A stretch of DNA of 64,000 nucleotides from assembly GCA_964270895.1 (NCBI GenBank), contig OZ185440.1. One strand, 5' to 3'. Below, piece by piece: positions 10,050 through 24,228 of the stretch. The position numbers were made by a program, and so were the translations under genes. The notes beneath the pieces were generated by a model. It was not told where the DNA came from and did no database searches. It was given only the letters and a program-made list of their open reading frames with translations. The stretch is from Podarcis filfolensis (Eukaryota). Position 1 is the first letter of the stretch; each line of letters opens with the position of its first letter.

Positions 10050-13000
10050 ATACAGTTGGATGAATTTCCAGTCAAGTGCCTGCTATGCCTTGTTCCCATG
10101 TAGTATTATCTTTGCTTCCAGAATTCCTTGGATACAATGCTACTCACAGTTTTGTGCAGGTAAGCCCCGTTAAAATGAGTTGGACTTTCCTGTGCATAAC
10201 TGCAGTAGGACTGCTGTCGCAGATAGCAGCAAGATGGCCCAAATATGTGTGGAAAATTCATTGGTAACAAATGCTGGGGCAGAATATCAGCTTGCAACAG
10301 AACACCATAGTTGGTGGTGCAACGACAACAGCAAACAAATTACTGCAATAAGGCATAGAAATAGCTATATTGCTTGCAGAGGGAACAGCAGCATTAGAAT
10401 GCTATAGATGAAACAAAGCGCGTGGGGATATGCGACCCATTGCAGAAATTCATACTTCATGCTGAATTTACCTTCGTGTCAAAAGCTTTGGCGGCCACTG
10501 CCATCCCCCAGTCTCATTTATCCATCAAAGCTGTTGCCACCAGCAGTGAGCCTTCTATGAGGTAGCGTCTCTCCAGCATTTAGACATGTTTTGTTTCATT
10601 AAACAGATTCTAATTTACAGCAAGGGGTTTTTATTTTTAGTTCTTAATACTCAGCTTGCTTGATTTTTGAAAGCAGCTAAAAAGTTTTGAGTCTAAGGCA
10701 GCCCAGCGCACTTAATAAATCCTCAAATCTTAAAAAAGTCCACTTAAACTGAACAGCAGCATGCCTGCCTTTGTAGAAGTGGATACAAAAATTATAATTC
10801 AAATTTTTAGAAGGGTAGCATGTGTAGGGAGACTAAAATGCAACTGAAGAGCCAAGAACCATTTTTCTTTAATTTGGTGGATGTTATCACCGTTTGGACT
10901 AAATGAACGCACAAGGCTTCTTAAACTTTTTGGGGTGAGCACCAGAGTTGTTCCATTTTGTGGAGCACATTTTCTTACCTTATGGCTAACATGTGGATGG
11001 ATGCTTGGAACTTTTCAAATTAAAACAATGAAGTTGTATGGACATATGGGAAAGAGGTGTGCACACAGTGTACACATGCTCTGCTGAAGAGACAAGCTGT
11101 TTTCAATTTACACTGTAAAACCTAAACTTAAAAGCACTTGTCTCTTCAGCATGTGGTAAAATGTTAAGGAAACCTGTGTTTCTTCAGCATTTTCCTCTTT
11201 TTGATTTCATTAGTGTTTCTCGGACCTCCTGAAGTACATCAAGATTTGGAGGGTCCTATATCACAGTCCACAATAAATTCTGAGTGGGGTGTGTTGTTGT
11301 GTGCTCTTATATCTCCTCATTTGTGGAAATTCTCAGTATTCTGCTCATATTTGTGCGGATGGACACAAGAAAGAGTACTCTGTGGGATGCTATTGATACA
11401 AGGTTCTTACAAAACAAAACTCAGCTAAACCATTGACTGAAAAGAGACCTTTAGAAACCACCTGGATCTCTCTAAAACTTTTGATGACTCATGAGACTGT
11501 GTTTATCTTCCAATATATAGGCTTTGAAAACTTCTAACATTTCAGAATCAACAACAAGCCTAACAATTTCAGTTCCTAGGGTTTTACAACCAATATTTTT
11601 TAGGTCTTTGATACAATTTGGGGGATAGGCACTGATATCCAGATTCTGATAAATACCCAGTACCTTTGGCAATTTGTCCTTCCAAAGTAATGAGGAAAGG
11701 ACCACCCTTTTCCACATTGTTCTCTTCATCCTTGAATAAGCTCAGAGAAATAAAAATGATCCTCCCATTTGTAACCTGAGAAATGGAGTCAACACTGTAT
11801 GAATGTGGTCTCTAACCCGATGCCAATGTTGTCCTGGAACCACCAGTGGAGACCTGGAATGGAAAAACCTCCTTGACAAAGTGCTATTTCATCAACGACA
11901 CCATTTATCATGGAGATGGGCTGGGCGAAACTGAAAGGAAAAGCAAACATTCATCTTGTTTTTATTAAAAGGCACAAAAGGTTTGCAGTGTAGTTGACAG
12001 AGGCCATATGTGACCTGCTTAGTGTTTGGCAGGGATCATTCCAGATAAAAAGTGAAAGGAGTGTCCTGTGAGGTAAAGTTATACCTCACCTTAATGAGCA
12101 GTAAAAACAGGGAGGAAAATGATTGGATTTCTAATGACCTGAGGTTCAACTTCCTACTTCATCAGATTTATATGTGAGTTGTTGAGGAAAGCAGAGATAG
12201 CTTGACCAACCGAGCAGCTTTTAAAAATATAGACTCTTGAGTGCCATTTTTCATCCCACTGAGGGACAAGTCCCACATCATCTTTCAAGCTGCTTACAGC
12301 TGGTTGTCCAGTGCTATAAGGAAGGATTTTATTATTTCAGAGCTCTCTACTGAGTCTGATTATTTGAAGGGAATGAGAGAAAGATGTAAAATTGTAGCAG
12401 CTAAATGTGGAAGATGAATATTATAATTATTTACAGGTCTTTTTGGAGTACTCATGACTGTCCATCCCAAATATCTAACGTTGTGTGTGTGTGTGTGTAA
12501 TCTAGGAGAGGTGTTTGGACTTGGATCTAGCAGATATGGATTCAAATTTCAATTACACTTTGGAATTTTTGATTCATTTCTGACAATCAACTATGTCACA
12601 AGGTGAATTCAGATGACTACTTAACCAAACCATGATCTGCTCACATGCTAGTTTTTCTTCCACTGATGATTACTGCCACCTTTAGACAAAAGGGCCATTG
12701 AGAAGAGTGGAGTGCCAGCTTCTAATTAAATCTTCAAAGGGACCTGGTTGTGATAACTGCGGCCATCATGCAAATAACATTGCTATCTGAATCCATTCTT
12801 AATTTCAGCTTCCTCTTCCGAATCATTTTGGCATGCAGATGTATGATGCTGGAATTAATTTTTATACACAAGCAAGGACCCTCATGTTATATCAATCCTC
12901 TCCTCTCTGCAGGACTGTAGGCAGAGTTTTCATTTGGTGCAAAGCAGTTTCATTGTTAAATGATGAAATGATACCACTTTAGGATAGCACAGAATAATTT

Positions 13001-14429
13001 CAATATTTTTGTCCTTGAGTTTTTCCTTGTCCTGGTATTAAGACCTGCACGTACAAAGTTATGGATTACTTTCAGTTGTGGTAACTGAGCCATGGTAGTT
13101 GTAATTGTGATGGATAGTTAATCATCACATATGTAATGATTCCAAACCCATATTAAAGCAGGAAAAAAATTGCAAATCCAAACAAGTGGAGTACACCAAT
13201 ATTTGTAGGAAACAAATTATCTGATCATGTGGAATCTACTGACTTCTTATAATTCTCTGTATATCTATAGAAGACTTTCCCTTTTTTCTCACAGATACTA
13301 ATAATAGTAGATTTTAAGAAATATAGAAGTGCCGGGGGGAATGCTTCACCTTTTGTAAAAATTTGGAGAACATTCCCCGCTACATCTTAAACACTCATTT
13401 TACTTAGTTCTCTCAGGTTCCAATCAAAACCCCAGCCTTAAGGCTTACAAGGATGCATATGCATAGACCCAAAAGTCTCCTTCCCCTCAGAGGGACTAAT
13501 ACAAATGAGGGTGTCAAATGTTCTTTGGGTTATTTATTGTTTCCTCAAGTAGCAGCTTTTACACAGCTCTGTAACTTGTTGGCCCTGAATATTATTTCAC
13601 ATAATTCATATGGACACTTATATAAGCGCAGTTGAGGGGGGCGGGGATACTTGAATATTGCAAAGGCTTATCGTTGTATATTACATGTTAGTTATGCCAC
13701 CCCCTACAAATCAGCTTGCAAACGGAGTAGCCATGAGACTGTGCCAGTGATTAATTACTTGAAGATAAACAGAGTTAATTTTCTTCCTTGATAGAAGTAA
13801 TTACTACTGTGTTTATTTTTATAAGCCATGGATTTACTGTCTCTGTGACAAATATTTCTAATTGGGGAATCTGCTTGGGTATTGCGGGGGGTGGGAATCA
13901 AGAAGTTTTCTCTAATGTTTTTGAGTATGCGTTAACAAAGGAGGCAGGGGTATACCAGAATTTGATTTTCTCCATTCTTGCCCACCCTCCTATAAAAATA
14001 AAAAGCACCTGTTTTAAGCGGAGTTCTTCTGCTTTCCATCAAGTATTAACTATTTAACTGAGATCACATCACAGGTACATTGTTTGGGCCTGGTATAGTC
14101 AACATTTTTGTTCCCAAATGAGTACCTTGTTAGTACTGGAATCCATATTTCTTTGTTTAGTTAATGAAAATATATAGTGCCTTTCAGTAAATGTTTTTAG
14201 GGTGGTTTATAAGCAAGCAAATAAATACATCAAACCAAGTAAAAACCAGCAACATAGAAAATCTCATTGCATTCAAATAAAATAAAAAGGTAATTATGTG
14301 GCACAGAAATGACCTTCATGGGGCACTGAAATTGAGAAGGTCCTCTCCTCAATCACACCTTACTTCAGCGGGCAGGAGTACATGGAAGAGGCCCTCTGAC
14401 ATTTATTTCAGAACTTGGGAACTGGAAGT

Positions 14430-14700
14430 TTCCAAGTCACAGGAAGTAACAACTGCCATTTATTCTGCACTAGTTGCACTTCATGTAGAGTACTGTGTCC
14501 AGTTATAAGCACCACAGGTAATCTGGGATGGGTTGGCAATGGACTGCTTGGCAATGGAACCAATTAGCTAGAAGGGTGGTAGGTTGCCCTTCACTGGAGA
14601 CCTTCAAACAAAGCGTGGCTGGTCATCTATTCTAGCTCTCTATGTTCTGCCTTGAGCAGGGCGCTGGGATAGATGGACTACAAGAGCCCCTGCAACTCTA
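14430..14700 (+). mobile_element. Degraded CR1 LINE 3' fragment
   Basis: Translation IYSALVALHVEYCVQL and a CR1-like 3' end (CCTTCACTGGAGACCTTCAAACA...GATAGATGGACTAC...CCTGCAACTCTA). Confidence 0.7.
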
Positions 14701-15579
14701 GGGCCCCAGGACTCTCTATAGACAAACACCAGCGCTTTAAAGAGCTGCCTGGTTCCCATTCTATTTAAGCACCAATGAGCTATATTCCCAATGCCTTATC
14801 CCAATTAGTAGTCTAGTTAGGCACCTGTGAGTTCTCTTAAATGAATCCATAGAGCAAGGAGCATTAGGTCTCCAGGTTTCTTTATCGGGTCCTCAGGACT
14901 CTCCCCAGGCCAATCCTCACCAGATGTCTTTGCTTGCCTGGATGGAGGATAGAGAAGTGTTTGTACGCTACTGTACAAAGATAAATTTTGCATTCATTGC
15001 TTCACCTAGTTTTGCATCAGGGTGCACACCCCTGGCATGTGGCCCCCAATATATCTTGCCCATAAGGCAATGTGATCCCACCCACCCCTGCTACATGGAG
15101 TTTAATATTTTTATTCTGTCATTATGTAGAATTGAGTTCTGTCCTTCTAGTTGCAAGAGCCAATAGCTGTTGGCAAATTTCTCCTCATGTCAATGTATCA
15201 TGGACACAATTGTCTTGTGATATGATGAGAAAAGGCAACTAAAAATATCAAACTGGAGAAAAGTCAAGAGCCCTTGAAGTTTGTGGCTTGTTCATTTATA
15301 GATAATATGCTGACTTATTTGATAATAATAGGGATTTATAAAATTATGTACCATGTAGAGTAACAGAGAATTCCCTGCCCGCAAATGCTTATTACACTCA
15401 AGGTCACCCACAACGAAACTTATTGGCAGTTTGACGGACAAACAAAAGTATCCCTTCTCATATTATTAACTTGGGAAATTCTCTGCCCCAAGATGGTCAT
15501 TGGCTTATGGAACTTTAAAACAGGGATATGCAAGTTTGTGAAGGAAAATTCTTACATATGGCAACAGGTAATGATGGCT

Positions 15580-15745
15580 ATATGCTGCTTTCAGGTTCAG
15601 AGGCAGTAGGCTGAGGAGCAAGAGCAGGAGAGAACTATTGCCTTCATTCCCGGCTCATGGACAGCATAGAAGCATCCGATTGGTCAGTATGGGAAACCAA
15701 GATCCAGGACTAGATGGTCCTTTCATCTGATCCAGCAGGGCTAGT
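15580..15745 (+). mobile_element. Degraded CR1-type 3' end
   Basis: GGACTAGATGGTCCTTTCATCTGATCCAGCAGGGC, related to tails at 18370, 40010 and 50395. Confidence 0.55.
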
Positions 15746-18700
15746 CTGACAACTAAATTTGGCCTGAAAATACTTGAATAATAATAATAATCACAATCAT
15801 AGTGCCATATTTATGAAGCAGAGGAGTTATTATAAACTGTGCCTGGGAAAGATGAAATAACCCCTCAGCTAGGCTATCAGCAGAAGAATTCTTTTCCAGC
15901 AATAAGCATAGTGATACTTAAAACCTGAGCATGATGCCTCTCAGCCAAGCGGACCCAAGAGGCCCAGAGAATTTTGCATTGGCTTAAGAGGCATTCAGAT
16001 TTGCTTAGTGGTTGAAACGTATCGAGGTCCATTCTACCTGAGGAAAAGAGACAAGCCTTCCCTTGCACTTTGAAGGCATCCAGCTTAATGCAATCAAGAT
16101 GTCTTTTACATGACTGATAGCAGCAAACAGCAAGTAAATCCACGCGCTGGATGCCGGGCTTGTGTACTCCGTGCAGAGCCCATACTTTGACATATGATGA
16201 GAAAGCCCATTGGCAGTTTGTAAATCCCCTCTAGCGCTGACAGCATCTGTTTGTGCCAGATTGTTCCCTGGGCCTTCGCCGGGTGAAAACAGAGCTCTGC
16301 AATAGATGCTCCTCCCTCCCTGACATATGCTTCCTGTTCTCACCCCCGGATCTCCACTAGCTCTTTTCTCTTTCTCAACAACCTCTGGGATCCTAGGATA
16401 ACTCTGTGCCCCACCAACAGAGGATTTCCTTAAGGATTTCCTCCAAAGGTTATTTTCCAAATCTCACCCGTCCCTTTAGCCATCCCCACCCCCTTCCCTT
16501 TGTTCTGTGTGAGTTACACCATAATAAATATGCTCAGTAGTCTTTCCTCACTTCACTGCCAGAGCCTGTGTGCATGTAAGGGTGCACACACCCATACTCT
16601 AGGAAGAAATGGAAAGTGAGAAAGGAAGTTCAATGTTGAATGAGAGAAGGAGAAAATTATCTGAAATAGAATCTCTTTTTACAATGGCTGAGGGTCTGAA
16701 AGGGCCCCCTCCTCCCTTTCCCCTCCCTACATAGAAGGCTGAATAATTTTCGCTGAATTGCTTGGGTGTTTGATGATCTGACAAAATGTTCCTGCAATAA
16801 CAGGTTCTCTGGTTTCCAGCAATGATTACCCAGAGGTTTCGAGGTGAGGCCATGGAATATGAAACCTTTGATCAGGCCCCCTTGTTATTGGCAGGCTTTT
16901 TCCAGCCAAGCCTATAATGACACTTTATTGAGACACTTTATTGATGTAACCAAAGACATCCCCTTTCTCTCCCACATCACTTTCTATTACGTGCCCTGTT
17001 TATTTGGACGGTGCTGCCGAGGCATTAGGGGACATAAACGATGGGAAGCAATAATAGCTCACCTAGCTATTGGTAACCATTGCCCATTTTGGTGAGAAAT
17101 GGGATGGGACAGAGCTACACATTGTAGTCTGCTCGGGTATGATAACACTGGAAACGGATGGTGTTCTGTGATTTATTTATTTTTAATTACGAAAAGGAAA
17201 GCAGGTCAGATCGGAAGGAATAGGCACCCAGAGCAAGCAACCATACTTCTGATCCTTCAGAAGATTCCCAGATACATTGCCCACTTGGATCCTGGCTGCA
17301 TCTTCCTCGTCTGCCTCCAAGCAAGTTAAACTCAAAGCTTTCCACCTCTGCCTATCTCTCTAGTTTCAAACTTGCTGCAACTTCTTTCTGTTCCATCTCA
17401 CTGGCTCAGATGTCATATTCCAAAGGCAGAAGAAAGAGATTTCTAGGCTATTAAGCAAAGGATCCCCATTAAGTAAAACATTAACCAGCCTTAATGACAT
17501 TTTGTTAAATTTCTAATTACCCCATTAGTCTGGCAGGTGAAAACATAGTGATAGGTCTCTCCGTGCTAATCAAGACAGCAAAACTCATAACCGTATCAAA
17601 GCAGATTTTCAATAACTCTTGAATGAAGCCATTTAACCTGCTCACTAGTGTTCACCCTCCTACCACCTCCCCATAGTCTGTTGCCAAAGAGCCTTTCATT
17701 TTTTCAGAACAGTTAAGAGACTGAAGTTTTACAGTGCAACCCATGTCTGCTCAAGAAGTAAGTCCCACTGAGTTCACTGGAAACTAACTCCCAAGTTAGG
17801 GGGTAATCCAAAATGCTGGCTGGCAGCAGGAGGGCTTGTTGTGTAGCCACTGCCCATATCCACAGCCCCACCACTCACACTGGCCAGGGCAGAAGGTGAG
17901 GAGCTGGAAAAAAATGCCTTCTTGGTTTGCCAGTTTTGAGGCTGGGGCAGCAAAGAAGCTCAGATTGGGTCCATTGCCAACATGGCTGCAGAACTGGCTC
18001 AGGATCCTATGCTTGCCCTCCCCCAGCCCCAAACACCCTAATTCAGGAATTCAAATGGGCTAGTGCTGGTGAGGACAGAGCCAGCAGTAGCTTCCACCCA
18101 TTGCACATTGGGGTGCTCCTCTCCAGCAAGCCTCCCCTGACCCTGCCTGGTGGTGGATTCAGGCAGGGCTGGGTGGAAAGGCACTTCTGCTTCATCTAAA
18201 CCCCTCCAGCATGGCAGAGGGGGCATTTAGACTGCTCTGCCAAGGTGTATAATATTGTGGCCTTAGGCGATACAACATATAATGGCTCTAAACTTCTAAT
18301 TCATAGTTGCTGGGGAGTACCCAGGTGATGGTGGTGGTGGTGGTAAATGCCTGCATGCCAAGATTGTGGACTTAGGAAAACTGGGTGCTGGATTAGATGG
18401 GCCTTGGGACTGATCCAGCAGAGATCTCCCGGTGTTCTTGAAGATCTTTCTGACTTTACTTAGTTTGCACCTTCCATTCCTCGAGACAAACACACGGCAA
18501 GAGGAATCTTATTGGCAGCCAAGAATATCCTTCAAGCCTTTTTAAGAATGCACATGCTTAAAAAAGAAGAAGCAAGGGGTGAAGGCAATGAAGGTAGCAG
18601 ACGTGATAAATGTGGAGAGAAGCAGGGAACAAGGCAGGCGGACAGTACCAAGACTGGCTGGGTGGCAAATAGAAGCAGTGAGTGGTTTTTAACTTCCAAC

Positions 18701-20460
18701 CTCTTTGGCTAGATAAGTTGTGACCCCAAACCCAAATCAGCCAGAGTTGAATCTTATTGGAAGCTGTTTGTACAGCTTAAAAATAAGTCAATAAAAGGCC
18801 TTTGGGCAGAGAACATTAGAGAGCCACTCCTCTGCATTGTGTATCTCCAGTTACGTTACTGGCAAGGAAGCAGAAGAAGAGTACTTTGGTTAATGCTGGA
18901 TGCTTTCTTTGTAGTTCTACAATATGGAATGGAAAGTGCCTGGATTTATTCCCAGTGAAATTCCAGCGATTGCACAGAAGCTACGCCAGGGAAGAATCTG
19001 ACCCAACACTTGGACATTTCCTGCAGTGGTTTCTTTCTCCCGCCAAGCCTGCAAGCTTTTTGGAGTCTTGTACTCTGGCTGCCAGCACCACAGACACACG
19101 GTCCAAATGGCCAGAAACACTGGAACTTTCAATCCACTTCACTTGTTTGGAGTTTAGGAAGTTCCATTTGAACAGTGGCCATCAGGCTTCTTAAAGTTTA
19201 TTTTGCATACGTCACACAATTATGTTTTTGTTCATTGAAAGGGGGAGCCTCAGGAGCAAGCTGCTCCCCCCCCCCACCTTCACACTCTGTGAATTTAAGC
19301 AGGATGCTGATGGGAGAGGAAAGAATGTGTAATAAAGAACATCCACTATTTCCAATGGCAAGGACCTTTCCCCACCTGCATAAATAGAGCTTTCTAGAAT
19401 ACCGGCCTTCCATGATTATAGTGGTATTGTCTCCCCAGAAATATGTGCATCCAGCTGTTATCCAAGCCATTGTTTTCTTTGCTCTTGGGGAGGATAGATT
19501 GCTCTCCTCAGAGTGATTTAAACTGGCATCCGAATGACTATATTGTGTGTGCGTGAGGAGGGAGAGGGGAGACAGTCTGTGTTCACATCTCACAGATTTA
19601 TGATACTAAAAAGGTTGTCAGAAGAGCAACAAGGCCTTCCAGTAAATCAGTTCTCTGCTGAACCTCAACAATGCCTGCCAAAGACGTGAAAAAGGAATTG
19701 TGTGTTAACTCTCGATACTGGGCAGCAATCTCACGGTCAACTGTTGGCACAATGGATTCTATATTTTATTAATTGCCATTTTATTACCACTAAACTTCTG
19801 TGTTCAGGGCCGTCACCTGACTTTAGCACTCTACAGTGGCACCAATGGCCCCCACAACAGTCTGTCCCCTCATGACCATGATTGTACAATATGTTTTTCT
19901 TTTCCTGTCACAGCAACACTGTCTCTGCTGGCGTCCGTTGTTTCTGGTGTCATTAAGTGGTATGTGGTCATTACCGTTTTTGAATGGAAGCTTGGCTCCA
20001 TTCCAGGGCAGCTACCCACCACGTTAATATACCCCAAATGCAATTCCCCTTCCTATTGATCTATGAAACATACAGATTTCATTCCCAGATCTATAGGCTG
20101 GGTTTTATAGATCTTTTAGAACTGTAGGTCAGGGTATTGTACTCTGAGTACCTAAATTAAGATGGTGAGCAGCCACCACAAATCCAAAAATGACACTCTT
20201 GTCTTTTCGCCACTATAGTAGCTGTCCTGGGTGGAGTCCTTTTGAGTCCCTGGGGTCCTCAGGAGAAGCCTGCCATTAGGTAAGGGCCCAACTTAACATG
20301 GCGTTCATTGTGCAAATGTATGCCTCTAAAAATATAAATGAGCAGCTGGGGGCAGGGGATGTTGTTAAACTCTTATTTCTCCACCCCTGCAGTCCTGCTG
20401 CTGTTCTGTAAGATCTGCTCCCACTTCCTGAGCTTAAAACACCTAAAACAATAACAACAA

Positions 20461-20610
20461 CATTATTTTATTATTTATACCCCACCCATTTGGCTGGGTT
20501 TCCTCAGCCACTCTGGGCGGCTTCCAACAAAATATTAAAAATACATTAAAACACCAGTCATTAAAAACTTCCCTAAACAGGGCTGCCTTCAGATGTCTTC
20601 TAAAAGTCAG
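20461..20610 (-). mobile_element. L2-clade LINE extreme 3' end
   Basis: Reverse complement matches the 3' UTR of the 377 and 56289 copies (GCAGCCCTGTTTAGGGAAGTTTTTAATG...CCCAGAGTGGCTG). Confidence 0.88.
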
Positions 20611-21761
20611 AAACAGCCACGTATATTAATTGCATTCATGCAATTAAAGCCACATTATTTTTGACCTTAAGATAAGGTTGTTTCCCTCACAGCTAAGAAA
20701 TTTTGGTAGTCCTGAGATATTTGGCGTTTGCCAATTATTTCACTTGAACAGGGAACTTCCATGTCAACTTTGAATTTCTTTTCTAGGTAAAGTTCTCTTA
20801 ACATCCTAAGGATGTGTAAAAAAAAAAATTCTCTCTGAGAAATGTTGCTCATTTTGCAGAAACACTTTCCTTGTAAATGGTTTGGATGGTTTGCCCATGC
20901 AGGGACCTCTGAATTCTTCTTGCACCTAGCTTTGGATAAAACTTGGTGGCAGCTTCAAAAATGGATATGCATTGGAACCAGTTACATAAAGGAGGGTGTT
21001 CTGTGCAGCTGTCCGTAGCACCGTTTGACAAAGCCCAGTCCAGAAAGAGCTGCAATGATTTTCAATTTCAGCTGGCATGCAGTGGCTGAGGAAATGTAGG
21101 GTTTTTAAAATAGCAGTCTTATTAAAAAACACACTTGATTCAATACCCTTGACCTCATTCAAAGGAAACAGAACTTGAGTACACACTGCACCCTTGGTGC
21201 TCTCCCTGCTCAGAGAATTGAGGCACAGGTAACAAAGAGGGCTGATTTCATGAAATCAGAATGCATGTGCCTGAAACATGATGGCTATGATATAAGAATA
21301 TGGTTTCAACTTCCCCCTCATACTAATTATATGCAACATCAGAGGTTGGGTGAACTTCCCTTGAGAGGCAGTCCTATTCTCAAAGAAGACCCTTTCCCAC
21401 ACACATCACTGCACCACAGCTAGGTGGAATTTGGACCATGGCCTTGCCTGAGACAGACAGGACAGGAGGTTCCGAAAAGTGCAAGGCGGAAGTCCAAAGC
21501 TTGCTCCCCATGCACGAAGACTCATCAACAGGAAACACAGGAATGGTTTCAGTAGTACAACCATTCTTTACAGCTGCCCGCCACTACGGTAAACCTGCAT
21601 CTTACGCACATTTAACATATGCAATCTCAACCACACACAGTTGAAGGTGAGCTGGTGAGGAGGAGGATCAGAGTTGGGAGGAAGCTGGAGTGAAAAGAGC
21701 TTCTAAGCTCTCATCTTTTCTCCCAGGTAAGTCCTGTTTGGCATACCGTACAAGTAGGGTG

Positions 21762-22112
21762 AGGGATGCGGGTGGCACTGTGGGTTAAACCACAGAGCCT
21801 AGGACTTGCCAATCACAATGTCGGTGGTTCCAATCCCCGCGCCGGGGTTAGCTCCCGTTGCTCGGTCCCTGCTCATGCCAACCTAGCAGTTCGAAAGCAT
21901 GTCAAGGTGCAAGTAGATAAATAGGTACCGCTCCAGCGGGAAGGTAAATGGCATTTCCGTGCACTGCTCTGGTTTGCCAGAAGTGGCTTAGTCATGCTGG
22001 CCACATGACCTGGAAGCTATGCGCCAGCTCCCTCGGCCAGTAAAGCGAGATGAGCGCCGCAACCCCGGAGTCAGTCACGACTGGACCTAATGGTCAGGGG
22101 TCCCTTTACCTT
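21762..22112 (+). mobile_element. Full-length Sauria SINE
   Basis: Complete head-to-tail copy with 13-bp TSD TACAAGTAGGGTG at 21749-21761 and 22113-22125. Confidence 0.97.
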
Positions 22113-23112
22113 TACAAGTAGGGTGCCCTTGGCTGATGGCATGTTTGGCTTTGGGAGTGGTGGAGATGCTGTCATGAGATTTTGCAGGATAATCTGACTT
22201 TCTGCGAGATCTCAGGTGAACATCCCCACCACTCCCAGACCCACTGCACAGGACACAGGCAGGCTGGCTAGCAGTAGCATGGCTCCAGAGATAATTTTGG
22301 TGATGTGTGATTTTTGTATATACACATAACCATTGGAACTGAACCCCTATGTATGAGGCAAGTTGCCTGAACTTCTCAGGGACCCTCGAGGAACATCTTT
22401 TTTTTTTAAATTGTGCATTCATGATGAGTTGTACTCATGAAGGTACTCACAGGGTGGTTATACACAACACTGCTTTCAATAATGTTTGTGCCTGCTAAAG
22501 TTCTGGGACTGTGACCCTGCTTCATTTTGAATAGGAGCAAGTCTTGTAGTTTCCTGCTGAAATCCTGTAATTTTTAATGCTTTGAATGCTCCAGGTTTGT
22601 TTGTTGTGTTGCACTATAGTGCAAGAGTGCTCCTCTAAATGGCAATAATACAGTAACATTGGGAAAATATTTCAGAGCAACTAATAAAGCAGAATGATGT
22701 TCATTGGTCCAGGGTAAATCAACCACTAATGCACTATGATTGTATCAGTGACATGTTGCAGAATACTACTGCAAAAAACCACCAGTTTGGAGGGGGAAAT
22801 AGTTTCCAACCCTTCTTTAGTCCTATTAAGTATGCATATCAGACAAAAATATGTAGAGAAGTGAGCAAGCTTGCACTGTTGCCACATCTCTGCTACCCCA
22901 TCCACACCTGCATGTTGTGTGAACACCTGAACATGCAATCTGACAAGGGTTGGAGGCGCAAGGGTGCGCACAGGCAGGCCTTGCCCCATTCTCCCTGAGC
23001 AAAATTCTCTGCATGTTAATGCATGAACTGAGCTTTCATGGTGGCTTTTTAGAAATCCAAATACTTCTCTTGTACCCTTCACCCCTTTTCTCAAACTGAA
23101 CATTGCCTAGAT

Positions 23113-23540
23113 CAGGGTGGTGCAACACATGACCCAAGGGCCACACGTGGACCTCGAGGCCTTTTTCGGTGAGCTTCAGCAACATTCATGTCCCCTCCCA
23201 GCCCTCGTGCCACCTTCTGCAAGTCGGGTAAGTGAGGCTGTGGGCTTTGGGAAGGAGATGTGAGGGCTCTGACAGGTGCTCCTACCTTCTTCCCAAAGCC
23301 CAGTAAGCACTTTCCCCAACTTTGGGAAGAAGGTGGGAGGGCTCTAGGACCCTGCCAGAGGCCTCCTTCCCAAAGCCCAGCATCTCACTTACCGGACTTT
23401 GGGAAGGTAGCACAAAGGCTGGGGCAGGGGGGAGGGGGAGGGAGACATCAAATTCTGCGCAACAAGCGAATGTACAGCCCATGGGTTCCATGTTGAAATA
23501 TGCTTGAGGCCCACTTGGTATGAAAAGTTGGACAGCTCTA
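23113..23540. mobile_element. hAT (Charlie-like) non-autonomous element
   Basis: Diverged TIRs CAGGGTGGTGCAAC / GTTGGACAGCTCTA; TSD GCCTAGAT/GCCTAGAA (7/8, CTAGA core). Confidence 0.7.
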
Positions 23541-23789
23541 GCCTAGAAGATCCTTCTTTCAGCAATTATTTTATTATATGTTCTGATCTGAAGGAAAACA
23601 AACATTGGGGTGGCACCTTCCAGATCAATTTATTATGGCATCTATTTTCGTGGACTGTAAGCCACTTCATCAGTTGCACAAAGTATTATCCGGAGTTACA
23701 GGTATGCACATGGTTGTGGTGTGTGTATTCCAAAGAGTGAGGTCAGAGGGAAATGAAATGCAGAAAGTACAGATGGTGATAATTATGGA

Positions 23790-23871
23790 TGGTAATTATG
23801 TTTACTCAGAAGTAAGTCCCACTGTGTTCATTGGAATTTACTCCCTAGTAAGTGTGTTTAGGATTGCAGCC
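23790..23871. mobile_element. Short palindromic MITE (Harbinger-like), partial
   Basis: TTTACTCAGAAGTAAGTCCCACTG...AGGATTGCAGCC followed by TAA; same family as 26610, 27727 and 54800. Confidence 0.7.
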
Positions 23872-24191
23872 TAAATAATGACTCAAACAGGGCATAGAAC
23901 TCCAGCTGAGGCCTCACTAGTGCCAAACAACGTGGATTATTGACTCAAATGTCTTGCATATGATCCTTTGGTTAATGTGAGAAAAAATTGGAAATATATC
24001 TGTAAAGCAGGTTAGGTCCATTTGAAACTAAATGCAAGAATGTGACATATGGGTGAGGCAGCCATGCTGTGTAATAAAATTCATCCTGAATATAAAAATC
24101 TTGGATGATGGAAGGCTTTGAAACCCAGCCCTAAACTCGTCCTATTTTTAGTGATTGGCTCAATAAGACAAAGTTATTCATACAACCAGCT

Positions 24192-24193
<2 letters not shown>

Positions 24194-24226
<33 letters not shown>
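24194..24226. repeat. (CA)n microsatellite
   Basis: Direct reading. Confidence 0.97.

Positions 24227-24228
<2 letters not shown>

Noticed and set aside
10558-10565. TGAGGTAG, the let-7 5' end
   Set aside because: Only 8 nt match; the rest differs from let-7 and there is no hairpin.
11472-11930. Protein-like ORF (KDKLPKVLGIYQNLDISAY...) and a neighbouring acceptor-like site
   Set aside because: No recognisable homology, no consistent acceptor-donor pair with an open frame, and competing short frames on both strands.
19914-19959. 46-nt exon-like segment (TLSLLASVVSGVIKW) with good splice sites; a similar 35-nt case occurs near 60165
   Set aside because: Too short to identify and no partner exons were found. 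Such sites arise by chance in 64 kb.
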